From a virus (lineage: Duplodnaviria; Caudoviricetes), in the IMG/VR virus record IMGVR_UViG_3300048849_000150, positions 1-41,434 of that record: a DNA stretch of 41,434 nucleotides, one strand, 5' to 3'. The notes beneath the pieces are model-generated. The model had not been told where the DNA came from and did not search any database. It was given only the letters and a program-made list of their open reading frames with translations. Position 1 is the stretch's first letter. The number at the start of each line of letters is the position of its first letter. A program made the position numbers and the translations under genes. Of the stretch, positions 7,731 through 16,549 are shown piece after piece.

Positions 7731-8067
7731 CCGGCACGAAGGTCTTGATGATGGCCGTAGCGCGTTCAAGCTGGCTGCGATCAACGCCAAACGCCAGCAG
7801 AGAGCTTCTAAGGGCGGCCTCTGGAGAAAGTTGCTCCGTGGCTGCATAAGGCATCAACAGATCAGAAGGTTTGCACTTCAGTACTGCTGCGATGGCTTCG
7901 AGCGTCCGCTGCGTGTAGGGGGAATCTGAAGTTTCAATCTTCGACAGGGTGCTGCGAGACATGCTGATCCTTTCAGCAAGCGCCTCTTGGGTAAGGCCGC
8001 GACTGTCGCGCCACTCGGCGATATAGGTACGGCCCAGCTTGGCCAGTTCTTTCTTCACGGGTGCCAT
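7645..8067 (-). CDS. CI-like XRE-family HTH repressor without an S24 peptidase domain
   Basis: IAEWRDSRGLTQEALAERISMSRSTLSKIET HTH; only 140 aa; divergent from cro. Confidence 0.9.
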   Translation of the reverse strand: MAPVKKELAKLGRTYIAEWRDSRGLTQEALAERISMSRSTLSKIETSDSPYTQRTLEAIAAVLKCKPSDLLMPYAATEQLSPEAALRSSLLAFGVDRSQLERATAIIKTFVPATAPEEQSVQSPSDGQSQPASRRRVSTP

Positions 8068-8100
8068 CTTCAGATTATCTCACGGCCCTTGAAAGGGCTC

Positions 8101-8153
8101 CATGCATTCACATTCACATTGTGCTTGACATTCACGTTCATGACATTCACTTT
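8101..8153 (+). promoter_or_regulatory. Rightward early promoter/operator (PR/OR) with CATTCAC direct repeats
   Basis: CATTCAC at 8105, 8111, 8129, 8144 plus CGTTCAT at 8135; perfect TTGACA at 8125-8130. Confidence 0.8.
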
Positions 8154-8161
8154 CCGTGCCT

Positions 8162-8359
8162 ATGAGCGCACTGAATGACTACATGGATGCGGGACGAATC
8201 TCGGATGCACTTCTGGCCGAAAAGGTTCGGTGCGACCGTTCGATGATCGCAAAGGTACGCGCCGGGAAAGCGACACCGTCGCTGAGGCTCGCGGTGGCTA
8301 TCAGCCGTGAGACTGGCGTACCGGTGGAGAGCCTCCTTCCATGTGAGGCTGCCGAATGA
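8162..8359 (+). CDS. Cro-like HTH protein
   Basis: 65 aa HTH (DALLAEKVRCDRSMIAKVRAGKATPSL), divergent from the repressor. Confidence 0.85.
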   Translation: MSALNDYMDAGRISDALLAEKVRCDRSMIAKVRAGKATPSLRLAVAISRETGVPVESLLPCEAAE

Positions 8360-8457
8360 TGCGCCTCTCAAACTCGTTCCCTTCTGGCGGCGGTCACTCC
8401 TCCCGCTTGTCCGCCAGGATCCGCGCGCTGCTCCTCCTCCCGTTGCGTGCGGCAACT

Positions 8458-8504
8458 CGGCCGGGGCAGAACCTATCTGGCGGACCGCCCCGGCCGTTTC
8501 CTTT
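8458..8504 (+). terminator. Intrinsic terminator (tR1-like) after cro
   Basis: CGGCCGGGGC/GCCCCGGCCG 10-bp stem followed by TTTCCTTT. Confidence 0.65.
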
Positions 8505-8627
8505 GTCTGTTCTGCGAGCATGTGGACCTCCATGAGTTGATGGCCCGACCGTAGCGGGCGACCTCGCCAGCTTCACGGAATCCTTGTCCATCCTGATTTT
8601 CCTTGACCTCATTTAGGGGCTGTTTTC

Positions 8628-9077
8628 GTGCGCGTTATTTCTGACCACTATGCATCCGCCATCAAGGCAGCGACGGCTGCAGCCTATGAAGCCATGGGCG
8701 GCGTTTCCCGCGCGGCTGAAGCGCTTGGCGTCGGCTCCTCCACCCTCACCAAGTATGCTTCCACCGGTGAAGAGTGGGGTCAGAACTTCATCCGATTTGA
8801 CCTGGCGGCGGAGCTGGACCGGCGCACGGGCCATCCGTTCATGCTTTCCGCGCTTCAGCAGATCGTTTCAGAAGAGCAGACGACCAGCTTCGGCGCCGTC
8901 ACGGCGGCTGCCATTCTGCGGTTGGACGGCGTGCTCGACGACGTGGTGCGCACCGTCGCGCTGGCGATCGAAGACAACCACATCGATGCGTCCGAGAAGC
9001 AGGCCATCCGCCACCGGATCGTGGCGGCCAAACAGTACCTGGCGCGCCTCGACGCCATGATGGTGGGAGGCTGCTGA
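8628..9077 (+). CDS. Phage regulatory protein, CII family
   Basis: IKAATAAAYEAMGGVSRAAEALGVGSSTLTKYA HTH; position after cro. Confidence 0.8.
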   Translation: MRVISDHYASAIKAATAAAYEAMGGVSRAAEALGVGSSTLTKYASTGEEWGQNFIRFDLAAELDRRTGHPFMLSALQQIVSEEQTTSFGAVTAAAILRLDGVLDDVVRTVALAIEDNHIDASEKQAIRHRIVAAKQYLARLDAMMVGGC

Positions 9078-9286
9078 TGGACAGACACCCGAAATCCAAC
9101 GCTGAGATTGTCGCAGCCATGTGCCTGCACCTGCCGGATGATCCGGATGCGGCAGTAAACATAGCCCTCGTTGCCTGCGCGACCGTGGTTATCCAGGCGG
9201 GCGAAAGTGACGAGGCTGCGATCGATGGCTTGCGATCCGCCTTGGGCAGTCTGCGCGAAACTGGACTTGGCGAGGCCAAGCACTAG
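9077..9286 (+). CDS. Phage hypothetical protein
   Basis: 69 aa, stop/start overlap with cII, GGAGG RBS. Confidence 0.65.
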   Translation: MDRHPKSNAEIVAAMCLHLPDDPDAAVNIALVACATVVIQAGESDEAAIDGLRSALGSLRETGLGEAKH

Positions 9287-9513
9287 TGGCCGGCGCCTCA
9301 GTTCTCCCCGTCAGCCGCCGCATGGAGGAACTCCTCCACGGGTCGTCGCTGCGGAACTTTCGGGCGACTGCGCGGCACTACGATGCTGCGGACCTGCGCG
9401 AATTTTCGGACGGAGTGCAGCTGCGTGAAGAGAGCGCCTACGAGCGCTTCACCCGCACCCTGATCGAGAGTGGCATCTGCTGGCGCGATCCGCACGCGCG
9501 CAGGGTGTCATGA
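9286..9513 (+). CDS. Phage hypothetical protein
   Basis: 75 aa, coupled to the upstream stop. Confidence 0.55.
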   Translation: MAGASVLPVSRRMEELLHGSSLRNFRATARHYDAADLREFSDGVQLREESAYERFTRTLIESGICWRDPHARRVS

Positions 9514-9568
9514 CCGAACACCCCCGTCTGACGCTGAAGTTCATCACAACCCTCCCGGAGGAAACAGC

Positions 9569-10051
9569 ATGGCATTCACATTGATTACGCCGCCGGCAAA
9601 GGTAAAGTCCGGCACCTTCAAGATCTCCTCGGTCTGCTTCGGCAAGAGCGGGGCATGGCGCTTGCAGATCACAATCCCGTCGATCGAATACACGAAGGCC
9701 TTTGGCGCTGGCGAAGCGCTCGACGTGCTTAAGGGCGACGGTCAGGACACCGGCAAGCTCCTGCTGCGCGCCAATCCGGATGGCTTGTTTAAGCCCGCCG
9801 GGCTGAAGAACTGTTTTGTTCTGCGGCTGCCGGCGGACGGCACTGCGCCGGAAATCGATCTTGCCTGCGAGGATCCGGAACGCCGGTCTAACGGCGCTGG
9901 CCAGTTGGTCATCGATCTTCCGGAATGGGCATGGCAGCCCGGCCGCTGGCAGGAGATCCAGAAGGCTCGCAACATTGCCGGCCGCCAGAACGCGGCAGAA
10001 GAAAAGATCACCCGCAAGGATGCGCTGGCACGCATCGGCCAGATCAAGTGA
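9569..10051 (+). CDS. Phage hypothetical protein
   Basis: GGAGGA RBS before ATG 9569; 160 aa. Confidence 0.75.
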   Translation: MAFTLITPPAKVKSGTFKISSVCFGKSGAWRLQITIPSIEYTKAFGAGEALDVLKGDGQDTGKLLLRANPDGLFKPAGLKNCFVLRLPADGTAPEIDLACEDPERRSNGAGQLVIDLPEWAWQPGRWQEIQKARNIAGRQNAAEEKITRKDALARIGQIK

Positions 10052-10058
10052 GGCTGAT

Positions 10059-10448
10059 GTGAGCGGATTTGATCCCATGGCCGTAGGCGGCAAGATGGCA
10101 GCCGCAGGCGACGACACCCTTGTCACGATCACGGGTAGCGGCGTGACCGCCGAAACCACCCTTGGCGCGATGAAGGCGGCCAGTGCGGCTCACTCCGGCA
10201 ACATTGCCGCCGACCAGTTGCGCTCCTTCATCGAGCGCGTCGAGCGTCTGGAAGAGGAAAAGGCGACGATCGCCGACGACATCAAAGACGTCTACGGCGA
10301 AGCGAAATCGGTTGGCTACGACCCGAAGGTGATGCGCGCCCTGATCCGTATCCGAAAGAAGGACATCAGCGAGCACAACGCCTTTCAGGACGTGCTCGAC
10401 ACATACCTTGCGGCCCTCGGCATGATCGAAGGATTTGCCGATGAGTGA
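10059..10448 (+). CDS. GapR-like (DUF2312/UPF0335) DNA-binding protein
   Basis: [51 protein letters not shown] signature; start approximate. Confidence 0.92.
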   Translation: MSGFDPMAVGGKMAAAGDDTLVTITGSGVTAETTLGAMKAASAAHSGNIAADQLRSFIERVERLEEEKATIADDIKDVYGEAKSVGYDPKVMRALIRIRKKDISEHNAFQDVLDTYLAALGMIEGFADE

Positions 10449-12696
10449 CCAAGGGTGGAAGTCGGAATTCGAGATGAAGACAGGGCGGCATGATCTGCCT
10501 GTCGCCGTGCGCCTGGACCAGATCGACGTCGGCTTTCGTCTTCGTGAGTTGGACCTGGACAAGGTTGCGGCGCTGAAATCCTCGATCGAGCAGATTGGGC
10601 TGCGGACGCCCATTTCTGCGACCGGCCCCGCGGACAAGTCATTCGACGACCCCGACTTCCGAGTGCGGCTGACGGCGGGTGCCCACCGCCTGGAGGCTAT
10701 TCGGCAGCTTGGGCGCGAGCATATCGCCGTCATCGTCAATGACGAGGATGACCTCGATTCCGAGCTTTGGGAAATCGACGAGAACCTGATCCGCGCAGAG
10801 CTGAAGCCTGCCGACAAGGCGCTTTTCACCTTCCGGCGTAAAGAAATCTACCTGATGCGCCATCCGGAAACGGATCATGGTGGAGACAGAGCAAGTCGCC
10901 AAGTTGGCGACTTGAAGCAAGGGGATTCGAAGCGTTTCACGGTCGCCACTGCCCAGGCGACAGGGCAGTCGGAGCGTGCCGTCCAGCGCGATGCCGAGCG
11001 GGGTGAGAAGATCTCCGAGAAGGCGCTGCGCATGCTCCGCGGCACCCGCCATGACAAGGGCACCATCCTTGACAAGCTCAAGGGTCTGCGGACCGAAGAG
11101 CAGGAGGTGTATGTCAACGCCCTCTTTGACGCCGACAAGGTTGTGGGGTCGGAATACAAGGTAATCCGCTCCGATAAGATGGCAACCAAACGGGCTATCC
11201 GGACCGGCATGATCAACGCGATCGCGGCGCATGGGAAGCTGGTCGCCGGTGAGATGCCGCGGGCTGCTTTCCCCGTGGGATATGCAGACCCGCCATGGGA
11301 GCAGGAGGCCTGGAGCAACGAGACAGGGCAGGACAAGGGTCTGATGTACCCGCCCATGCCGCTCGACGAGATCAAGGCGTTGTGCGCCGGCGACAGAAGC
11401 CCCTTTACCCCTGATTCGATTCTGTACCTTTGGGTGCCAAGCAACCGCATGGATGATGGCATCGCCGTTCTCAGGGCTTGGGGCTTCGAGTTCGTCAGCG
11501 TCATCACCTGGGACAAGGAAGACATCGGCATGGGCCGATGGGTTCGGGACCAGACCGAGCACCTGTTGATCGGCAAACGCGGCGACTTTCCTGGCCTTCT
11601 GGAAGGAAGCCAGCCGCGCAGCCTGTATCGAGAGAAAAAGACGACCCACAGTCGCAAGCCGGTGTGGTTCGCAGAGATGATCGACCGGCTTTATCCGGAC
11701 ATGCGCAAGATCGAACTTTTCCAGCGGCGCGCTAGCCTGAGCGAGGGCGATATCCGTCTGAACGGGTCTTGGGAGTTCTGGGGGTTCGAAGCGGGAACTG
11801 CTTCTGAAGCCCTACCGACGGGTGGCGACCCTGTCGATGGTGAGGGGCCGCCCGACCAGGGTCTGCACGACACCAATGAGCAGGCTGAGCCCAATAAGCC
11901 GAAGGCCAAGAAGTCACAGAAGGCCGTGAAGCCAAGCGCCTACGAATTGGAAAAACAGGCGAGCGCTGCCCGGAAAGACGCCTATCGGGCTTCAATTACC
12001 GTCACGCCGGAAGAAGGCTTGGATACCCTCGTCTTGGTTGCCCAAGGCAAAGTGCAAGCCTACGACGCAGCCGCTCGATTGGGCGATTTTGCCGGGATGC
12101 GCCTGGCTTACGATCACCTCGATGCGATCTGCGAGCACATCTTTGGACTCGAGGCCGGCTTCGATTGGAGCAGGGGAGGTGGACCACCCAAAGGTTCCGG
12201 TCGGTTCTCTTGCCTATACGACGCAAGCAAGTGGCTGGCGGGAGTGACGGCAGCAGCGGATGGGGCCGTTCCTCTTCTCGGACAGGCGGGTCGCTTTTTG
12301 ATCGAGGTCGAAGGTTGCCGGATAGACTTGCACTGCGGCGGGCTCTTCGGTCTCGGGTTTGGCGCGCATGTCGTCGACCTCGACAGGCCTTTCATCTCGG
12401 AGACGGGGTACCGGTCGCTGGGCATCCGGCTGTTCGGAGATGAGCAAGCGGTGACCGAAGCCGCAGGTTCGGACATGAAGACATTCATGGAGCGAGCTTG
12501 CCTGGAGGAACTGACTGAAGGCGGACGAAAGAAGCTCAAGCTTCACAATCCGCCCTTTGGTCTGTCCTCAGGACCGAAGCAGCCGAGATCAGACGAGTCG
12601 ATCCGCAATGGGCGGGGTGGCGACCGGGCGTATCAGCCCGGAGGATACCTGCATGCTTTGATCACCACCGCGGTCGAGCGGGAGGTGGCGGCATGA
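10441..12696 (+). CDS. ParB-N domain + MT-A70 adenine methyltransferase + KlcB-like C-terminal domain fusion
   Basis: [20 protein letters not shown] (ParB); ADPPW, LYLWVP, HSRKP, IELF (MT-A70); [14 protein letters not shown]...[15 protein letters not shown] (KlcB-like, recalled from memory). Confidence 0.85.
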   Translation: MSDQGWKSEFEMKTGRHDLPVAVRLDQIDVGFRLRELDLDKVAALKSSIEQIGLRTPISATGPADKSFDDPDFRVRLTAGAHRLEAIRQLGREHIAVIVNDEDDLDSELWEIDENLIRAELKPADKALFTFRRKEIYLMRHPETDHGGDRASRQVGDLKQGDSKRFTVATAQATGQSERAVQRDAERGEKISEKALRMLRGTRHDKGTILDKLKGLRTEEQEVYVNALFDADKVVGSEYKVIRSDKMATKRAIRTGMINAIAAHGKLVAGEMPRAAFPVGYADPPWEQEAWSNETGQDKGLMYPPMPLDEIKALCAGDRSPFTPDSILYLWVPSNRMDDGIAVLRAWGFEFVSVITWDKEDIGMGRWVRDQTEHLLIGKRGDFPGLLEGSQPRSLYREKKTTHSRKPVWFAEMIDRLYPDMRKIELFQRRASLSEGDIRLNGSWEFWGFEAGTASEALPTGGDPVDGEGPPDQGLHDTNEQAEPNKPKAKKSQKAVKPSAYELEKQASAARKDAYRASITVTPEEGLDTLVLVAQGKVQAYDAAARLGDFAGMRLAYDHLDAICEHIFGLEAGFDWSRGGGPPKGSGRFSCLYDASKWLAGVTAAADGAVPLLGQAGRFLIEVEGCRIDLHCGGLFGLGFGAHVVDLDRPFISETGYRSLGIRLFGDEQAVTEAAGSDMKTFMERACLEELTEGGRKKLKLHNPPFGLSSGPKQPRSDESIRNGRGGDRAYQPGGYLHALITTAVEREVAA

Positions 12697-12941
12697 AGTG
12701 GCAAGCCGATGGTGCTCGCGATGTTTACGTGTGCGGCGACGTCCCTGTAGGGGCTGTCTTCAGCCAGATAGATGCGCGCGGCCGCGCGCGGTGGCGGCTG
12801 TGGCTCAATGGCCGCGACGAGCCGACTGAGGGCGTCGAGTCTGACTATGTCCGCGCCAAGCGAGCGCTGGAGAACCGCTTCCAGCACTTCCTGGAGCGTG
12901 CCGAGCTGCGGCCGACCGGCTTCAGACGGAGGCAGCCATGA
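12693..12941 (+). CDS. Phage hypothetical protein
   Basis: ATGA overlaps on both sides; GGAGG RBS. Confidence 0.7.
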   Translation: MKWQADGARDVYVCGDVPVGAVFSQIDARGRARWRLWLNGRDEPTEGVESDYVRAKRALENRFQHFLERAELRPTGFRRRQP

Positions 12942-13225
12942 GCTTCCTCGGTGCTGTCGAGACCTTCAGACGAATGAAGACGGACGAGGAACGGGCGCAG
13001 TGGCTTGCCAGTGCACCCTACGCCTTCTTTGCGCCCACGCAGCCTCAGGTCATCGAAAGCGTGCTGCACGACAGCGGGTTCGATGCTGGGCTGATCTACT
13101 TCCGTGATGAGACCGACTTCCTGGCTGCGCGCCGATCGGTTCGCGGCGACGTGCCATTCACCTTTGGAATGCGGCGCAACATGAGCCTGCTGACGATGCT
13201 CAACTCAGAAAGCTGGAGGGCCTGA
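12938..13225 (+). CDS. Phage hypothetical protein
   Basis: ATGA overlap, GGAGG RBS, 95 aa. Confidence 0.7.
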   Translation: MSFLGAVETFRRMKTDEERAQWLASAPYAFFAPTQPQVIESVLHDSGFDAGLIYFRDETDFLAARRSVRGDVPFTFGMRRNMSLLTMLNSESWRA

Positions 13226-13227
13226 CC

Positions 13228-14475
13228 ATGGACGGACCGCGTCTCTCCATCATCCCCGCCTGGGTCATTCAAGACCCTCGTCTGAAGGGCAACAAGGATT
13301 TGGCCGTGCTGTGCATGCTCGGTCAGAACGCGAACACGCGTCACGGCTGGTGTCGGCGCAGCCAGGTCAAGCTCGCCGACGCGCTGAACTGCTCGCGCTC
13401 AACGGTGCAAGCCTCCATCAATAGGCTCGTCGAGGTGGGCGCAGTCGAACGCCGCGCCGTCGAGAGTGTCAGCGGGCGTGACAGCGCCCATTGGTACCGT
13501 GTGATCTACGATTCAAAGGTTCAAAGCTCTGCGCTGGCTGCATGGGATGCGGCCGATGAAGAGGAATTTGGTCCTATGGACGCTGCTGAAAACGGCGATA
13601 CCCCTGCCGTTATACCGGCACCCCCTGCCTACCCAGAGCAGGCACCCCCTGCCGGTCTAGGATCGGCACCTATTAACGCCTCTACCTTAACGCCTCCTGT
13701 TAAACGAGAAGAGAGAGAGAGCGCGAGCGTTGACGATGAAGGGGAAGAAAATCCCAAGGCGGTGGAGCGACGGTTCCGCAAGTGGTGGTCGACGTGGCCG
13801 AGCTATACCGTGGACAATGAGCAGGCAACAAGGCGCGCCTGGCAGGATCTGACGGAAGAACAACGCAGGACTTGCGAAGAACGGACGCCAGACTACCTGG
13901 CAGCAGCTAAGGCGAGCGGGCGCAAGTTCGTAAAGGCTTCTGCCACCTACCTGTCAGAGCGGGCGTGGGAGCGGCTGAACGACAAGCCGGCTGCGACCTC
14001 GGCGGGACCGGCAACGTTCAACGCCTACTCTCGTCCCTGGAGCGCCCTGAGGCTTGCAGAGCTTTCCAAGCACCCTCTGCCTCTCACGCTTGACCGCTAC
14101 GAAGAGCTGGTGATCGCGAAAAGCCCTGAGAAGGAGGCGATGATCTGGCGCGACAAACGCATGCAGAAAGGCTGGCCGGAAGCGATCAGGCTGCACGAAG
14201 CGGCGGTCAACCGAAAGCCAGTGGCAGTGCCGTCGAATATCGTCGCCATCTCCCAGTGCTTTGACAAGGTCGAGGTGGGCAGCACGATCTGGGAGGCATG
14301 GAAGCAGCTGCATCATGAGCGTGGCTGGCCATGGATACCGGAGCCGAAAGGGCTGGCCTTCGTGCAGTTCCCGGCTTTGCGGGAAGGGATCGAGGATCCT
14401 GACGAGGCGGTGGCGCAGGCACTGAGGCAATTCCAGAGACATCTGATCGAGAGGCGGGACGATGATGCAGCATAA
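13228..14475 (+). CDS. Replication initiator (N-terminal winged HTH, lambda O-like layout)
   Basis: RSQVKLADALNCSRSTVQASINRL HTH; internal iterons; FRKWWSTWP...ATYLSERAW C-terminal motif. Confidence 0.8.
   Translation: MDGPRLSIIPAWVIQDPRLKGNKDLAVLCMLGQNANTRHGWCRRSQVKLADALNCSRSTVQASINRLVEVGAVERRAVESVSGRDSAHWYRVIYDSKVQSSALAAWDAADEEEFGPMDAAENGDTPAVIPAPPAYPEQAPPAGLGSAPINASTLTPPVKREERESASVDDEGEENPKAVERRFRKWWSTWPSYTVDNEQATRRAWQDLTEEQRRTCEERTPDYLAAAKASGRKFVKASATYLSERAWERLNDKPAATSAGPATFNAYSRPWSALRLAELSKHPLPLTLDRYEELVIAKSPEKEAMIWRDKRMQKGWPEAIRLHEAAVNRKPVAVPSNIVAISQCFDKVEVGSTIWEAWKQLHHERGWPWIPEPKGLAFVQFPALREGIEDPDEAVAQALRQFQRHLIERRDDDAA
13600..13696 (+). repeat. Putative replication origin iterons
   Basis: GGCACCCCCTGCC at 13617 and 13641 (24-bp period), partial copies at 13600 and 13665, then TTAACGCCTC twice (13673, 13687). 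Confidence 0.75.
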
Positions 14476-15106
14476 CAAGATGACCGGAACGCCGATCGCA
14501 ACTCCGGTACGGGAAAGATTTGAAGACCGCATGCGCCGAATCGCAGCGAAGAACCTGAAGGAAGCGACTATGAGCGTGATCGAGAATCACCCGCACCTGG
14601 CCCGTTGGTACTGCTTACAGGTCGAGCCGCGTCATGAGCTCTCTGTGGAAAACATATTGAAGGAGGCTGGTGTCGAAGTCTTCCTGGCGCGGCAAAAGGT
14701 GATGATCGTTCGCCGTGGGCAGAAGCTTGAACAGGAGATCTCGATGTTTCCTGGCTACCTCATGGTTCGGTGCGTGCCATCTGATCGGGCATTCGAGGGC
14801 CTCAGACGGCAAAAGTTCGTAGTCCGCATCATGGGTGGCGTAACAGGGGTACCGCTTCCTATTCGTGACGAAGTAATCAATCTCTTCAAGAAGATAGCAA
14901 ATGAGAATGTTCCGTTCATTGCTACGGATAAAAGCTTTATCGAAGGCGATCGAGCCGAGATCAAAGACAGCGCGTTCGCTGGCTTCACCTGCCTGATCCT
15001 CCAAGTCAAATGGTGCAAGCAGGCCAAGGCAAGAGTCGCGATCAACGTGGACGGACAGGTTTTCGAAATTGAAAGCATGCCACTTGCGTTCCTGAAGAAG
15101 CTGTGA
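14462..15106 (+). CDS. NusG-family transcription antiterminator (putative late-gene regulator)
   Basis: WYCLQVEPRHE, MFPGYLMV (NGN domain); FIEGDRAEIKDSAFAGF (KOW); occupies the lambda Q position. Confidence 0.88.
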   Translation: MMQHNKMTGTPIATPVRERFEDRMRRIAAKNLKEATMSVIENHPHLARWYCLQVEPRHELSVENILKEAGVEVFLARQKVMIVRRGQKLEQEISMFPGYLMVRCVPSDRAFEGLRRQKFVVRIMGGVTGVPLPIRDEVINLFKKIANENVPFIATDKSFIEGDRAEIKDSAFAGFTCLILQVKWCKQAKARVAINVDGQVFEIESMPLAFLKKL

Positions 15107-15108
15107 GA

Positions 15109-15267
15109 GTCATCTGTCACTGGACGAGTTAGACAGCATCCCCTCTGATCCTCACTGCTTGATGGTGGGAAGAGTAGGCAACTGCCTCAGGGACCAATGC
15201 ACCTAGCCCCAGCCCTGACCGGCTCACGATAGAGCCACCGATTCAGGGCCAGTGCGAAAGCTATGAC
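15109..15267 (+). ncRNA. Structured late-operon leader RNA (putative antitermination element)
   Basis: Nested complementary segments GTCAT/ATGAC, CACTGG/CCAGTG, CCCTGA/TCAGGG, GGCTC/GAGCC, AGGCA/TGCCT. Confidence 0.55.
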
Positions 15268-15280
15268 CAGCGAGATGATG

Positions 15281-15303
15281 AGGCGACCGAAAGGTCGCCT
15301 TTC
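15281..15303 (+). terminator. Terminator-like hairpin upstream of the late genes
   Basis: AGGCGACC-GAAA-GGTCGCCT followed by a short T tract. Confidence 0.6.
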
Positions 15304-15317
15304 GCGCATCTAGAAGT

Positions 15318-15689
15318 ATGGCCCCACGTCTCACCACACTTAAGCCCAGGCTGACCGCCTTGGCTCCTCGTCTCGGTCATGCATCCGGTGATGAGAAGGC
15401 GAGGCTTCGGGAGCGAGAGAAGAACACGCCAAACCGCAAGTGGTATCACAGCCAACGGTGGAAGCAGCTTCGCCTCGACGTATTGAAGCGTGATGACTGG
15501 ACCTGCAAGCAAACGGGTACGATCTGCACCGGCAAGCATCCGGCACCCAACAGTCCTGTGGTCGACCACATCAAACCGCATCATTGGGATGAGCGTCTGT
15601 TCTGGGACATCAACAACCTGCAGACCGTGACCAAGGCTTACCACGACAGCGAGAAGCAGAAGCAGGAGCGGGAGCAACCCGGCTGGTGA
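15318..15689 (+). CDS. HNH endonuclease (packaging-associated)
   Basis: WYHSQRWKQLR...RDDWTC...VVDHIKPH...NNLQT...H; upstream of the terminase. Confidence 0.92.
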   Translation: MAPRLTTLKPRLTALAPRLGHASGDEKARLREREKNTPNRKWYHSQRWKQLRLDVLKRDDWTCKQTGTICTGKHPAPNSPVVDHIKPHHWDERLFWDINNLQTVTKAYHDSEKQKQEREQPGW

Positions 15690-15693
15690 TGAG

Positions 15694-15948
15694 ATGCAGA
15701 TAGCCATGATCGAAGGCGCGACCCGCATCATCGGCAAGAGCCAAGGCTACCTTGGTCTGCCTCTCCGGGATGAGCTGATCAACTGCACGGTCGGCGGCGA
15801 AGGCACACCGGCAATGGTGACAGCGTGGACGCCGACACCCGACGAGCTGGCCCGCCTCAATGCCGGTGCATCGGTGCACCTCCGCATCCTCGGGGTCAGC
15901 CACCCTCCTGTCATGGTCGAAGTCGGCGAGGTGCCGACCGAGGCCTGA
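15694..15948 (+). CDS. Phage hypothetical protein
   Basis: 84 aa; MVTAWTPTPDELARLNAGASVHLRILG..HPPV. Confidence 0.8.
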   Translation: MQIAMIEGATRIIGKSQGYLGLPLRDELINCTVGGEGTPAMVTAWTPTPDELARLNAGASVHLRILGVSHPPVMVEVGEVPTEA

Positions 15949-15974
15949 CCCTGTGACCGAAATGTCACGACCCA

Positions 15975-16055
15975 TCGACCCGGGAGGGGGGGTCGAAAGT
16001 CTGGAAGCCCTCAGCCTCCCGCACCCGCGTCCCCCCCTGTCAGAGATTTTATTTC
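15975..16055. other. Putative cos packaging region
   Basis: G-run/GTCGAAAGTCT...C-run segment between HNH and terS, the usual location in HK97-like cos phages; cut site not determined. Confidence 0.45.
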
Positions 16056-16057
16056 CC

Positions 16058-16549
16058 GTGTCAGACGAAAATTCCAGCGACGATGAAGTCTTCGACATGT
16101 TCGGCAACAAGGTCCAGCCGATCAGAGATCGGCGCGGCCGTCCTTCGTTTCGAAAAGACAAAGATAATCAGGACTTTGTGATGGTCCGTGTCGCTGCTGG
16201 ATGGACGCATAAGCGGATCGCGGAAGATATGGGCATCGATGAGAAGACGCTTCGCAAACATTTTTCCCGTGAGCTGGAAAACGGAGCGATCTTTGTCGAC
16301 GGCCTTATGCTCGATGTCCTGTTCAAGAAAGTCCGGGAAGGACACACGCCTTCGATCCGCCAGCTTCGCGAACGGCTGGCAGAGGCCGGACCGATGGCGC
16401 CGCGCAATAAGCCTGCCGCGGAAGAAGACGATGACGACGCTGAGGAAAAGGCCGCGCCGCTGGGCAAAAAGGAACAGCGGCTTCAGGACGCGCAGAGCAT
16501 CCCGGATGACTACGGCGACATCTTCGCAAAAATGGGTCGCAAGCACTGA
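16058..16549 (+). CDS. terS: Terminase small subunit
   Basis: HTH GWTHKRIAEDMGIDEKTLRKHFSREL; directly upstream of terL; GTG 16058 start approximate. Confidence 0.8.
   Translation: MSDENSSDDEVFDMFGNKVQPIRDRRGRPSFRKDKDNQDFVMVRVAAGWTHKRIAEDMGIDEKTLRKHFSRELENGAIFVDGLMLDVLFKKVREGHTPSIRQLRERLAEAGPMAPRNKPAAEEDDDDAEEKAAPLGKKEQRLQDAQSIPDDYGDIFAKMGRKH

Noticed and set aside
8105-13696. Short direct repeats as a possible CRISPR array
   Set aside because: The units are too short, there are no unique spacers and no cas genes; they are better explained as operators and iterons.
15270-15305. Hammerhead-like ATGATGAG-stem-GAAA
   Set aside because: The core should be CTGANGA with GAAA after stem II. Here it is ATGATGA and the GAAA is the hairpin loop.
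15860-16057. N-terminal extension of terS in the ORF track
   Set aside because: It overlaps the upstream gene and the putative cos region; a later start is more plausible.
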